A stretch of DNA of 64,000 bases from Candidatus Pacearchaeota archaeon (lineage in GTDB: Archaea > Nanobdellota > Nanobdellia > Pacearchaeales > GW2011-AR1), in NCBI GenBank assembly GCA_017609285.1, contig JAFCEE010000001.1, positions 18,475 through 82,474 on the forward strand. The letters run 5' to 3'. The notes under the pieces were generated by a model. That model was not told where the DNA came from, made no database searches, and saw only the letters and a list, made by a program, of their open reading frames with translations. Position 1 is the first letter of the stretch. Every line of letters starts with the position of its first letter. Positions 38,567-47,797 of this stretch are shown in pieces. The position numbers and the translations under genes were made by a program.

Positions 38567-39118
38567 ATGAAAAAAAGTAATGTTGTTTTTTATTTGGCTT
38601 GTACCTTTCTTTTATTGCTTGGTTTATTCTTTGATAAAAGTTTTTCTTTATGGTTTGCTCAACATAGAATTGGATTTTTGAATAGTGTGATGCAAGGATT
38701 CAGTTTTTTTGGTAAGTGGTTTATTGTTCTAATAGTTTCTAGCTCTTTTTTCTTATGGCAAAAAAATAGGAGAGAGGGGGTTCTTCCTTTGTGTTTTAGT
38801 TTATTTATTAGTATGATAATAGTTTTTTTATTAAAAATTATAGTTATGAGAGCAAGACCAGAGGTAGCTTTAAATCTTTTTAGTGAGTTAAGTTCAAGTT
38901 TTCCTTCTGGCCATGCAACAGCTGTATTTTCTGTTCTCCCTATTTTGAGTAAATTTTCTAAAATTAAATGGTTCTGGCTTTTTTTTGCTGTAATTGTTGC
39001 TTTTTCTAGGCTATATTTAGGAGTACATTATTTAACAGATGTTGTTTCTGGTGCTTTAATTGGTTATTCTATTGGCTTGCTTGTTGTTTGGTATAAGAAA
39101 AAAAAGAAAAAAGTTTAA
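38567..39118 (+). CDS. PAP2-family membrane phosphatase
   Basis: K....RARP, SFPSGH, SRLYLGVHY.TDV. Confidence 0.93.
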   Translation: MKKSNVVFYLACTFLLLLGLFFDKSFSLWFAQHRIGFLNSVMQGFSFFGKWFIVLIVSSSFFLWQKNRREGVLPLCFSLFISMIIVFLLKIIVMRARPEVALNLFSELSSSFPSGHATAVFSVLPILSKFSKIKWFWLFFAVIVAFSRLYLGVHYLTDVVSGALIGYSIGLLVVWYKKKKKKV

Positions 39119-40774
39119 GCTCTTGACATTCTTACTGCTACAATTATAATTGCTATAATTAAAATTATATTCACTAGGACTATTACCCAGATAAACCAGT
39201 TCTCTTTAAAACTTTCTTACTGAACCTGTCAAAGAAAATCTTGGTGTGATTGTTAGACTGACTGGCTGTTTTATTTCTTTAGTATCAAATAAAGCTTTTA
39301 TATTGAAAATTTGTTCGCCTTCTGCATCTTTGTTTAGTTTTAAAGTTATTAGGACATCTTTAGTTTCTTGAGGTTTAATAGTGAAAGTTGCAGGGTTAAT
39401 GTTTTCAAGTTCGCTGAAAAACTCATTTCCTTCTAACATTACTGTGTATGTTGTTTCTTCTTCTCCTGTATTTTTTATTGTCGCCTTTATTTTTACTTCT
39501 TTTCCTGCTTTTACTTCATCTTCTGGAGTTTCAAGTGTGGCTGAAATTTGTGCGTTTTTTATTACTGGTTTTATGCATTCTACTTTTAAGAAGAGGTTAT
39601 AAACAGCTTCATCATCTTCTTCGTTTTCATAAATATCATTGTCAGCGAGATCTTCATCGTCATATACAGTAAAAGTTATCCTGTATGTTTTTTCTTCCAC
39701 ATTTTTTGGTATTTGTATTGTTGTAGTAAAGTCTTCTTTGTGTAATGCGCGAATATCTTTATCCAGTTCAATTATTTTGTTAATCCCTAATTCTTCATTG
39801 TAAATTAAAATAAAAATCTCATCTTCATCAATTTTATCATCACCTATATTCCAAACATTTGCTGAAATTTCAATTTCATCTCCACATGAAACTATATTAT
39901 CTGCTTTTGAAGTTTTTATATTATCTAAAATTATAAATTTCTCGTCTGTTCTTATTTTTATATCATTTGAAGTACTTGTGCAGGTATTATTATCATCATA
40001 AAGGCTGTCTGAATCGTCAATTTCTCCTGTTGCGCTTAAGTAGATTTTATAATCTTTATTTCCTTCATTCAGCTTGTCTGGGTCTACATCAAAAGTAAGA
40101 GTTATTGTTTTTTTATCACCTTCGTCTAAATCAAATTCATCATCTGATAAATCCATATCATCTTCATCCATTACACATTCTTTAGCTTCCACATCATACA
40201 AGCAAGCTTTGATTTCTATATCACTAATGTCCCAATCTCCATCATTTTCAACATCAAATTCTATCTTAATTTCATCAAGAGGATACCAGTAGTCATCGCT
40301 ATCTCCAAAACCTTCGTTTACATCAAAATCTAAGTGTGAAATTTTAAGTTTTCCTTTATTTTCATATTCACAAAAAACTTTTTCAAGAATTATTGTGAGG
40401 TTATAGGAGTCTTTATCTGAAGCATTTAAGGAATTTACTGCATTAAAAGTTACAATTTCTTGTCTTTTTTCTAAATTAAAATCCTCTGATATTGATTCGA
40501 CACTTATATTAAAAATAACTTTGGAAATATTAGTTAAACTTGTTGTTGGTGAAATTAATATCTCTGCTAAATGTCCGTCAGAATCTTGAATAGTTATTGT
40601 TGGGTATGTAAGATTAAAATTCTCTCCAGAAGTTAAAGTTATCTGTTTAGTCTCAAATTGGTTTAAAGTGATTGAATCTGTTCCAGAAAGTTCTAGGGCA
40701 GAAACCAAGCCACTTAAGACTGTTGCAGATAAAAGCATTATTGCGAAAATTCCAAACAATATTTTACCTTTCAT
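39115..40774 (-). pseudogene. Putative S-layer-like surface protein whose C-terminal TM anchor is out of frame (frameshift near 39217)
   Basis: ORF 40774-39206 ends FSLTGSVRKF*; shifted frame 39216-39115 reads ESFKENWFIWVIVLVNIILIIAIIIVAVRMSRA*. Confidence 0.75.
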
Positions 40775-40913
40775 TTTTGTAATTATTCTGCAGTTACAAT
40801 GGTTTATAAATATTTCTATTGTTCAAAATATATAACAAAATGAGAGAATAAAAAGATTTATAAAAGGAAAATTCCTCGATAATATAAGAATAAAAAAAAG
40901 GAGGTAATAAAGG

Positions 40914-41258
40914 ATGCCAAAAGCAAAGAAGAATATTTTGGGCGCATGGGCATTTTTGATTGGAGTTATTTTAGCGGTGATCGTAGGTTTACTTGGATTA
41001 GGAGCAACAGAAGGCACATGGGCAATAATCTTAGTAATTTTAGGTATACTTATTGGTTTACTTAATATTGGTGGAGCAGAATTGAAAGATTTTTTGTTAG
41101 CAGGTACAGTTTTGGTTATTGTCAGTGCTTTAGGAGGACAGACATACTTAGGATTGATTCCATATGTCGGGGAGATAATAAAGGCCTTAGTTGTCTTATT
41201 TGTCCCAGCTACAATAGTAGTAGCCCTAAAAGCTGTTTTCGCAATTGCAAAGGGATAA
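40914..41258 (+). CDS. Small 4-TM membrane protein
   Basis: GAWAFLIG...GLLNI...FVPA; strong ggaggt SD; T-rich terminator. Confidence 0.8.
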   Translation: MPKAKKNILGAWAFLIGVILAVIVGLLGLGATEGTWAIILVILGILIGLLNIGGAELKDFLLAGTVLVIVSALGGQTYLGLIPYVGEIIKALVVLFVPATIVVALKAVFAIAKG

Positions 41259-41289
41259 GCTTAATTTAATTTTTATTTTTTTTATTTTT

Positions 41290-41904
41290 TTATATAAAAG
41301 GAAGGTTTTTGTAGTTTATTATTTTTTTAGAATCAAAATCTAAACCAGGGCATGCAAGATTTATATATATTGGGAGAGAAAAATTTTCTAATTCATTTAC
41401 ATCTATTGATTCAGAAATAAAAATATAGAAATTTTTCTCTTCAAACCTGTCTTTTAATTTTCTTTTTAAGCTTATTGCTTCATCTAACTTATTTTGTCCT
41501 GGTTTTGTTGATACTATCAAGCCAATATTTTCTGAAGCAAAGAATTTAGAAATTTTTCCCTTTTCCCTCTTTTTTAACTTTAAGATTTCTTCTCTTGATA
41601 ATTTTTTTATGCTTCCATCTTGATAAATATAGGTTTCTTTCTTTGTATCTAAAGCCATAGATAAAGCATGAAACTTTCCGCTCCCTATTATGAGTATGGG
41701 AGCAAGGGGTTTTATTTTTGAACAGCCCAGTATTTGTTCGAAGGCGAGAATCTTGTGGGTTTTTTTAAGTTTCTTTTTTATTTTTTCTGCTAAATCTTTA
41801 TACTGGATAGTATAGAGAATATGAATTTCTTTTGGCAGTTTTCCTTTTATTGTTAGCTTCCCATCCTCAAATTTTTTTCTTGCTTCAATAAATAAAACTT
41901 TCAT
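41290..41904 (-). CDS. dph2: Diphthamide synthesis protein Dph2-like, short form
   Basis: TIQY, QILGC, GSGKFH, VSTKPGQ, LENF, NLACP. Confidence 0.85.
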   Translation of the reverse strand: MKVLFIEARKKFEDGKLTIKGKLPKEIHILYTIQYKDLAEKIKKKLKKTHKILAFEQILGCSKIKPLAPILIIGSGKFHALSMALDTKKETYIYQDGSIKKLSREEILKLKKREKGKISKFFASENIGLIVSTKPGQNKLDEAISLKRKLKDRFEEKNFYIFISESIDVNELENFSLPIYINLACPGLDFDSKKIINYKNLPFI

Positions 41905-41975
41905 GTAAGATCAAACATTACGAGTTTAATTATCTTAAAAAATAATAGAAAGAATTTAAAAAGATTTGTAGTCTC

Positions 41976-42359
41976 TTAAATTTCTGTTTCTTCTTTTTTT
42001 ACTTGTTTCTTTGGCTTATAAATTTCTGCAAAACTTGGAGTAACTATGATTACGCTTTCTCCAAATCCAGCTACCTCTCCTTCTAAGGCATCTGCTGTTT
42101 TTTTAATTTTAGCAATAACTCTTTTCAATTCTATCATATCTCTTTTCTTGATAGGACTGATATCGATTACAGCTATTGTGTAGCCTTCCCTTAATGCATC
42201 TAGAATTTCATTGACATCCTCAAATTTTCTAAGAATAAAAGGTCTCACGATAACTTTATTTTTCTTGATTTCTTGACCCAAATCAATTTCAATATACTCT
42301 GGTTCCTCTTCTTTCTTAAAAAATTTCCCGAAGCTTTCTTTTATTTTTTTGAATGGCAT
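41976..42359 (-). CDS. sepF: Cell division protein SepF
   Basis: ILDALREG.IAVIDI, GEVAG, IVTP. Confidence 0.88.
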   Translation of the reverse strand: MPFKKIKESFGKFFKKEEEPEYIEIDLGQEIKKNKVIVRPFILRKFEDVNEILDALREGYTIAVIDISPIKKRDMIELKRVIAKIKKTADALEGEVAGFGESVIIVTPSFAEIYKPKKQVKKEETEI

Positions 42360-42452
42360 AAAAAATTTAAACCGGTAGAGTTTATAAATATTTCTATAAA
42401 ATTTTACTACTAAAAATTTATTTTGATTTAATTGAGAAGTCTTTAATTCCTT

Positions 42453-42806
42453 TTAAGAGCTCTTTTTGGATTTCTGGTCTTTTAATTTCTTGTCTAGAAC
42501 TTTCCTTAGATTCTCTATTTTTTCTCTTAAAATTTTTTCCTGATTTTCTATTGCTTTTATTCTTAAGTTTAGCGTATCTCTCTTTTCTTCTAATTCTTTT
42601 ATTATGTCATCTTTGTCTGCCTTTACCATGACTTGCCCAACAATTTTGTATATGTTACCTTTAGTTTTTTTCACTTCTTCTAAAGCTGAATTAGTTTCAT
42701 TTAATTCAATTTGAAATGTTTGTTTTTGTAGAAGAAAATTTTGTAAGTACTGTTCTGCCTGATTAAGTTCTTGTATATTCTCTTGCAACTCTTTATTTAT
42801 ACTCAT
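42453..42806 (-). CDS. pfdB: Prefoldin beta subunit
   Basis: Coiled coils flanking YKIVGQVMV hairpin. Confidence 0.92.
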   Translation of the reverse strand: MSINKELQENIQELNQAEQYLQNFLLQKQTFQIELNETNSALEEVKKTKGNIYKIVGQVMVKADKDDIIKELEEKRDTLNLRIKAIENQEKILREKIENLRKVLDKKLKDQKSKKSS

Positions 42807-42835
42807 TTGCTTTTAATAATTTTAATTCTCTTTAT

Positions 42836-42973
42836 TTATTCTGCTTTAACCTTGGTTATGTGCTTTCTTGGTTTATAGAAAACCTTGCTATTGCAATTAG
42901 GACATGCAAATCTTTTCTCTAAATTTTTGCTAGATATTTGTTTACCACATTTAAAACATTTATATGTAACCAT
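42836..42973 (-). CDS. rpoP: RNA polymerase subunit Rpo12 (P); absent from the ORF track
   Basis: Hand translation MVTYKCFKCGKQISSKNLEKRFACPNCNSKVFYKPRKHITKVKAE*; lies between rpl37ae and pfdB. Confidence 0.9.
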   Translation of the reverse strand: MVTYKCFKCGKQISSKNLEKRFACPNCNSKVFYKPRKHITKVKAE

Positions 42974-43016
42974 TTTTATTCTACAATTTTTAGTATTATA
43001 AATTTAACTATTAGGT

Positions 43017-43226
43017 TTATTTAAGATAAAAAGTATCTGAGGCAAACTTCTTGCCGCATTTTTTACACTTCCATATTCCTTTTGCTAATCTCTTTACTCT
43101 GCCATTACAAAAAGGACATGTCTGTTTTTTCCTCTGCTTAGATTCTACTTTTATCAATTTTTTCCTAACTCTCAAACCGTGCCCTGACCCAAATCTGCCT
43201 GCTGATTTTATTTTTCTTGTTCTCAT
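43017..43226 (-). CDS. rpl37ae: 50S ribosomal protein L37Ae (eL43)
   Basis: SAGRFG, CPFC, GIWKCKKC. Confidence 0.95.
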   Translation of the reverse strand: MRTRKIKSAGRFGSGHGLRVRKKLIKVESKQRKKQTCPFCNGRVKRLAKGIWKCKKCGKKFASDTFYLK

Positions 43227-43238
43227 TTTTTATATGAG

Positions 43239-43312
43239 TGGGGATGCGCGGATTTGAACCGCGGTCAGAAGCTCCCAAAGCTCCGATGCTAACCAGACTA
43301 CACCACATCCCC
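43239..43312 (-). tRNA. tRNA-Pro(TGG)
   Basis: GGGGATG/CATCCCC acceptor stem, GGAGC-TTTGGGA-GCTTC anticodon arm, TTCAAAT T-loop. Confidence 0.95.
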
Positions 43313-43344
43313 CACATCATTAAATTTATTGATTTAAATTAATA

Positions 43345-44025
43345 TTATTTCTTTTTCTCCTCTGTTTTTTCTTCAGTTTTTTCAGCTTCTTTTCCTTCCC
43401 CTCCTACTTCTTCTGCAGCTTCTTTTGTTTCTTTAGCTTTTTCTTCTGCTTCTTTCTCTTCTTCTTTCTTAATTATTTCTTCTTGCTTCTCTTTGATTTC
43501 CTCAAAATACTCTTTTAATTTACTTAATTTTTCCTCACTAGCCTTATCTTTTTCTTCTTCTATTTCTTTATCATATTTTCCAGAGGTAATTTGCTCTTCT
43601 ACTTTTTTTGGATCTTGACTCTCTATTAGAACACCTAAACTAACACAGCTTCCAACAACTGACCGGACTGCTGCTTTTAAATTATTAGCCAACATGTCCT
43701 GTTGCTTAGTTTTAGCTATTTTTATAACTTGTTCTATTGCTAAATTCCCTGCTTTTAATTTTTTTTGTTCCCCACTTGCTTTTTCTATCCCTAACTCTTT
43801 TTTAATAAGCTCAGATACTGGTGGAGATGCAACCTTAATTGTAAAATTTTTTGTTTTCGCATCTACATCTAATTCAACAGGCACTTTTAAACCTTTGAAC
43901 TTTTCAGTGGCTTTATTAACTTCTTCTATTACCTTGCCGATATTTATTCCTAGAGGCCCTAACTTTTGAGCTATTGTTGGCCCTGGTTTCATGTCCCCGC
44001 CTTCTACTAATAGTTTTATTATCAT
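43345..44025 (-). CDS. rpl11: 50S ribosomal protein L11 (uL11) with Glu/Lys-rich C-terminal extension
   Basis: GGDMKPGP..LGPLG, VGSCVSLGV. Confidence 0.95.
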   Translation of the reverse strand: MIIKLLVEGGDMKPGPTIAQKLGPLGINIGKVIEEVNKATEKFKGLKVPVELDVDAKTKNFTIKVASPPVSELIKKELGIEKASGEQKKLKAGNLAIEQVIKIAKTKQQDMLANNLKAAVRSVVGSCVSLGVLIESQDPKKVEEQITSGKYDKEIEEEKDKASEEKLSKLKEYFEEIKEKQEEIIKKEEEKEAEEKAKETKEAAEEVGGEGKEAEKTEEKTEEKKK

Positions 44026-44492
44026 TTTTCTTCTTCCTCCATATCTTCTTCAGATTCTTCTCTTCTTATTATTCTTAGATTGTCAATTTTGACAGTGACT
44101 GGAATAGGTATTGCTGCTTGTAATAGTGTAACTACTGCTTCTCCTTTTGATTTATCTACTCTTAAAACTTTTGCCTTTTCCTTTTTGAAAGGTTCAGATA
44201 TAATCTCTACAATATCATTTTTTTCTATTTTTATTTCTGCTACAGTAGGCTCTAACATGTTTTTTATTTCGTTGTAATTTACTGTTTTTCCGAGTATGCC
44301 TTTTACATAAGGTAAGTTAAAGGCAGCTTCTTCTGCTACCTCCCTTTCTTCTGCTTCTAAAAAAATATAGCCTCTTAATCCATGAGGTCTGACTAAACTA
44401 TAAACAGGAAGATTTTTCTTCTCTATTTTTTCTTTTATCATATCCAAAACTTTATCTTCTTTATTTGTTGTTACTTTAACTACATATATCAT
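44022..44492 (-). CDS. spt5: Transcription elongation factor Spt5 (NusG)
   Basis: NGN domain (RGYIFLEA) plus KOW (DIVEIISEPFK). Confidence 0.95.
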   Translation of the reverse strand: MIYVVKVTTNKEDKVLDMIKEKIEKKNLPVYSLVRPHGLRGYIFLEAEEREVAEEAAFNLPYVKGILGKTVNYNEIKNMLEPTVAEIKIEKNDIVEIISEPFKKEKAKVLRVDKSKGEAVVTLLQAAIPIPVTVKIDNLRIIRREESEEDMEEEEK

Positions 44493-44555
44493 TTTCCCAG
44501 CTCCAACTACCTCTTAACTTATGAGAAGTAGTCGATATTATTTAAAATTAGTGGT

Positions 44556-44915
44556 TTATAAAGTTTTTTGTTGTTTTGAATAAGACCTGCATACATCATT
44601 AAAATCTTCCTGTGTTATTGTGTATTCTCTTTTACATTTAGGGCAGGTTGCATTCATTGTGCCACCATTTAATGAAAGAGTTAGGCCAACTAAAGAATGA
44701 TTTATATATAAAAGGTGTTGGGAAGCTGGATCGTAGCTGTTTCTTTTCAGTCTTGATTGTTGCTCTTCGCTTATCCTTTCTTTTGATGAGGTTGGAGAAG
44801 AAATACTTCCCCTAGGTAAAACTCCACAAGATGGACAATCTGCTACAAAATGCAGGCGGGGAGTATTTATCCCTGCATCAACTAAATAGATGAGTGGTTT
44901 GACCGAATCTTCCAT
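44556..44915 (-). CDS. Hypothetical Zn-binding protein between secE and spt5
   Basis: CPSC and CPKC; starts 1 nt after the secE stop. Confidence 0.6.
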   Translation of the reverse strand: MEDSVKPLIYLVDAGINTPRLHFVADCPSCGVLPRGSISSPTSSKERISEEQQSRLKRNSYDPASQHLLYINHSLVGLTLSLNGGTMNATCPKCKREYTITQEDFNDVCRSYSKQQKTL

Positions 44916-44916
44916 T

Positions 44917-45084
44917 TTACTTAAAAATATTCATGATTAAGGCAATAAGAAATCCGACTAAACCTATCGCTAATATTCCTAAAGCAGAAACTTTAGCTAC
45001 TGTCTTAAATTCTGTTTGAGTTGGCTTTCTCAGAATATGCCATACTCTTACACATTTTGTTAAAAAACTTTTAATATGAAACAT
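44917..45084 (-). CDS. secE: Protein translocase SecE (Sec61 gamma); absent from the ORF track
   Basis: Hand translation MFHIKSFLTKCVRVWHILRKPTQTEFKTVAKVSALGILAIGLVGFLIALIMNIFK*. Confidence 0.93.
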   Translation of the reverse strand: MFHIKSFLTKCVRVWHILRKPTQTEFKTVAKVSALGILAIGLVGFLIALIMNIFK

Positions 45085-45108
45085 GAAAATAAAGGGAAAA
45101 GAGGATTT

Positions 45109-45343
45109 TTAAATTTGTTGATTTGATAGTTCTGTGATTGCTTCTAAACCCACATATAACTTTCCTCTATATCTTGCTTCTGGTTTTCTTAAACTCCTTC
45201 TGTAAGAATAGTATTAACATAATAACCTGCCTCTTGTAGAATCTGTCGTGCCTCTTTATCTTCTTTAGAAGGAGTTCGATTAACAAGTAAGCTTACCCAT
45301 TTCCTTTTTATTAATTCTCTAATTTTCTTTTTTTTCCAGGCAT
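45109..45343 (-). pseudogene. Possible frameshifted small gene between ftsZ and secE
   Basis: Three joined frames: MPGKK / RELIKRKWVSLLVNRTPSKEDKEARQILQEAGYYVNTILTEG / LRKPEARYRGKLYVGLEAITELSNQQI*. Confidence 0.35.
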
Positions 45344-45345
45344 TT

Positions 45346-46455
45346 TCACTCATAAAACTCTATACCAAGCTCAGAAGCCATATCACTTCTTTCTCTTTCT
45401 TCAAGGGTCTCTTCTCCTCCTAAGATTTGACTACTCTTCACTCCAGTCACAATCAACATTACTCTAATTGATTTTTCCATATCTTGTGAAATTTGAGCCC
45501 CCCAGATAAGTTTGGCTTCTGTTCCTAGTTTTTCTGATATATATTCTATTATGCTCCTAGCCTCATCTAAACTTAAATCAGGTCCCCCTATAATATTAAC
45601 TAAGGCTCCATTAGCATTGCTTACATCTACATCCAACAGAGGATTTTGTATTGCTTTTTCTACTGCTTCTATTGCTCTTTGTTGGCTATCAGATTCGCCC
45701 ATTCCTATTAAACTTACTCCTCCGTTTAACATAACAGCTTTTATATCAGCAAAATCTAAATTTACTAATCCTGCTTTAGTTACTAGCTCTGTTGTTCCTT
45801 TAACAGCATTAGTCAAAATCTCATCGGCGACTTTAAATGCTGTATGTAAAGGCAGTTCAGGAGCCAATTCAAGCAGCTTATCATTTGGGATAACAATTAA
45901 AGTGTCTACTACACTCTCTAATCTCTCTAAGCCATAATTTGCATTTTCTATTCTTTTTTTCCCTTCAATAGTAAATGGTAAAGTAACTACTCCTATTGTT
46001 AAAGCGCCTGCTTTTTTAGCAAGTTGGGCTATTACTGGAGCTGCTCCTGTGCCTGTTCCTCCGCCCAAACCGCAAGTAACAAAGACCATGTCACTTCTCC
46101 CTAACTTTTTCTTAATCTCATGTTCAGATTCATGGGCAGCCTCTTCACCTACCTTTGGATTACTTCCTGCACCCAAACCCTGGGTAAGTTCTCTTCCTAT
46201 AAGGATTTTAAAATCAGCATTTGTATAAAGCAGGTCTTGAGCATCTGTGTTTACAGCAATTAACTCTGAACCTTTAATCCCTATTTCTTTCATTCGGTTA
46301 ATAGTATTTCCACCGCCACCACCAACACCTATTACTTTTACTTTAGCTGACTGCTTTTTCAATAATTCCTCTAACTCACGGTCAATATCAAGAACCTCTT
46401 TCATTCCTTGCTCAGAAAATTCTTCTCTAGAATCTATATTAGATAATTCAGCCAT
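45346..46455 (-). CDS. ftsZ: Cell division protein FtsZ
   Basis: GVGGGGGN, GLGGGTGTG, NLDFAD. Confidence 0.98.
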   Translation of the reverse strand: MAELSNIDSREEFSEQGMKEVLDIDRELEELLKKQSAKVKVIGVGGGGGNTINRMKEIGIKGSELIAVNTDAQDLLYTNADFKILIGRELTQGLGAGSNPKVGEEAAHESEHEIKKKLGRSDMVFVTCGLGGGTGTGAAPVIAQLAKKAGALTIGVVTLPFTIEGKKRIENANYGLERLESVVDTLIVIPNDKLLELAPELPLHTAFKVADEILTNAVKGTTELVTKAGLVNLDFADIKAVMLNGGVSLIGMGESDSQQRAIEAVEKAIQNPLLDVDVSNANGALVNIIGGPDLSLDEARSIIEYISEKLGTEAKLIWGAQISQDMEKSIRVMLIVTGVKSSQILGGEETLEERERSDMASELGIEFYE

Positions 46456-46520
46456 ACCCTTCTAATAACTTTAAAGTTTATAAATTTTTATATAGAAATT
46501 TATATATTTTGAACAGAGAA

Positions 46521-47189
46521 TTATTCTACATTCTTTTTTTCTTTTACCTCTAAATCCAATCCTAAAATTTCCTTGAATTTCTCTTTAAACAGTTGAATAA
46601 ATTTCTTTTCTTCTGGCTTTGATTTTAAAATTAATTTTTTCTCTTTGATATCAAAAGGGAATTCTTTTTTAAAGAAAACTAACATTAAAGCCTTAACTTT
46701 TTCTTTCATCTCCTTTATTTTTCTTTTTATTTTTAACTCATAGACCACTTTCTTTCCTGCAACAGGATTATTGAAGTCAACTATCACTCTACCCCCACTT
46801 ACTGCAGAAATTTTTCCCAACAAACCATCAAAAGAAAACATCATTCCTGCTTTGGGTGTAATGTTTTGCCCTCTAAATACAGACAGGGGCATAATTTTTA
46901 TTAGCTCCCTTTTTCTCTCGCCAAAAGCTTTTTCTGGTGGGAGAGTTAGGGTATAACTTTTACCAACTTCCTTACCTACTAAGAAATCATCTATAGCTGA
47001 CAGAATCATATTTTCACCAAGACATATGGTAAGAGGTTTTATCTTTGTATTTAAATTTAGTTTTTTAGCTTCTTTCTCTACATTAGTATCAAATATCTGG
47101 CCAGTATCTTTAATTTTTCCTGTATATTCTATCTCAACAAAATCATTTTTCCTCAATTTTTCTTTCATTTTTGTATTTTCCATCATCAA
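46521..47189 (-). CDS. FKBP-type peptidyl-prolyl isomerase (SlyD-like, long form)
   Basis: IEYTG...FDTN, PEKAFGER, VDFNNPVAGK. Confidence 0.92.
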   Translation of the reverse strand: MMMENTKMKEKLRKNDFVEIEYTGKIKDTGQIFDTNVEKEAKKLNLNTKIKPLTICLGENMILSAIDDFLVGKEVGKSYTLTLPPEKAFGERKRELIKIMPLSVFRGQNITPKAGMMFSFDGLLGKISAVSGGRVIVDFNNPVAGKKVVYELKIKRKIKEMKEKVKALMLVFFKKEFPFDIKEKKLILKSKPEEKKFIQLFKEKFKEILGLDLEVKEKKNVE

Positions 47190-47233
47190 AATTGACCAAT
47201 AAGGTTTATAAACTTATTTTTTTTGTTTTAGTT

Positions 47234-47623
47234 ATGACACTCAAATTAATTAATGCTACTGAAGTTAGGAATGGTAATGTTATAATGATTCAGGATGAAC
47301 CTTGTGTTGTAAAGAATTTTGATATAAGCAAAACAGGAAAACATGGCCACGCCAAAGTTAGAATTGAAGCAGTAGGGGTTTTTGACAATAAGAAAAAAGT
47401 TATTGTTGTTCCAGGCCATGAAAGATTTCAAATACCAATGATTAATAAGTTAAAAGGGCAAGTGTTAAATGTGCAAGGTGAAAAAGCGAATATAATGGAT
47501 TTGGAAAGTTTTGAAACAATGGATGTAGCAATAGGCCAAGATATTAAAGAAGATATTAAAGAAGGAGACAATATTGAATATTGGGATATAAATGGAAAGA
47601 AGATAATTAAAAGAAAGTTTTAA
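47234..47623 (+). CDS. eif5a: Translation factor aIF-5A (start reassigned to ATG 47234)
   Basis: SKTGKHGHAK hypusine loop. Confidence 0.96.
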   Translation: MTLKLINATEVRNGNVIMIQDEPCVVKNFDISKTGKHGHAKVRIEAVGVFDNKKKVIVVPGHERFQIPMINKLKGQVLNVQGEKANIMDLESFETMDVAIGQDIKEDIKEGDNIEYWDINGKKIIKRKF

Positions 47624-47631
47624 TAGAAAAA

Positions 47632-47796
47632 ATGGCAACAAAAATTCCAGCTGCTCAACAAAGACTATTTCACAGAATTTTTGTATGTAAAAATTGTGGA
47701 AGCAAAATTAGGGCTGACCCTAAAAAGATTATTGAAGGCAAAGTTAAATGCAGAAAGTGTAAAAAAAGAGCTTTCCGTACAATAAAAAAGAAGTAA
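47632..47796 (+). CDS. rpl40e: 50S ribosomal protein L40e; absent from the ORF track
   Basis: Hand translation MATKIPAAQQRLFHRIFVCKNCGSKIRADPKKIIEGKVKCRKCKKRAFRTIKKK*. Confidence 0.88.
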   Translation: MATKIPAAQQRLFHRIFVCKNCGSKIRADPKKIIEGKVKCRKCKKRAFRTIKKK

Positions 47797-47797
47797 A

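Noticed and set aside
42803..42835. Possible relic duplicate of the Rpo12 C-terminus or Pcc1 remnant (IKRIKIIKSK*)
   Set aside because: Too short and low-complexity to support
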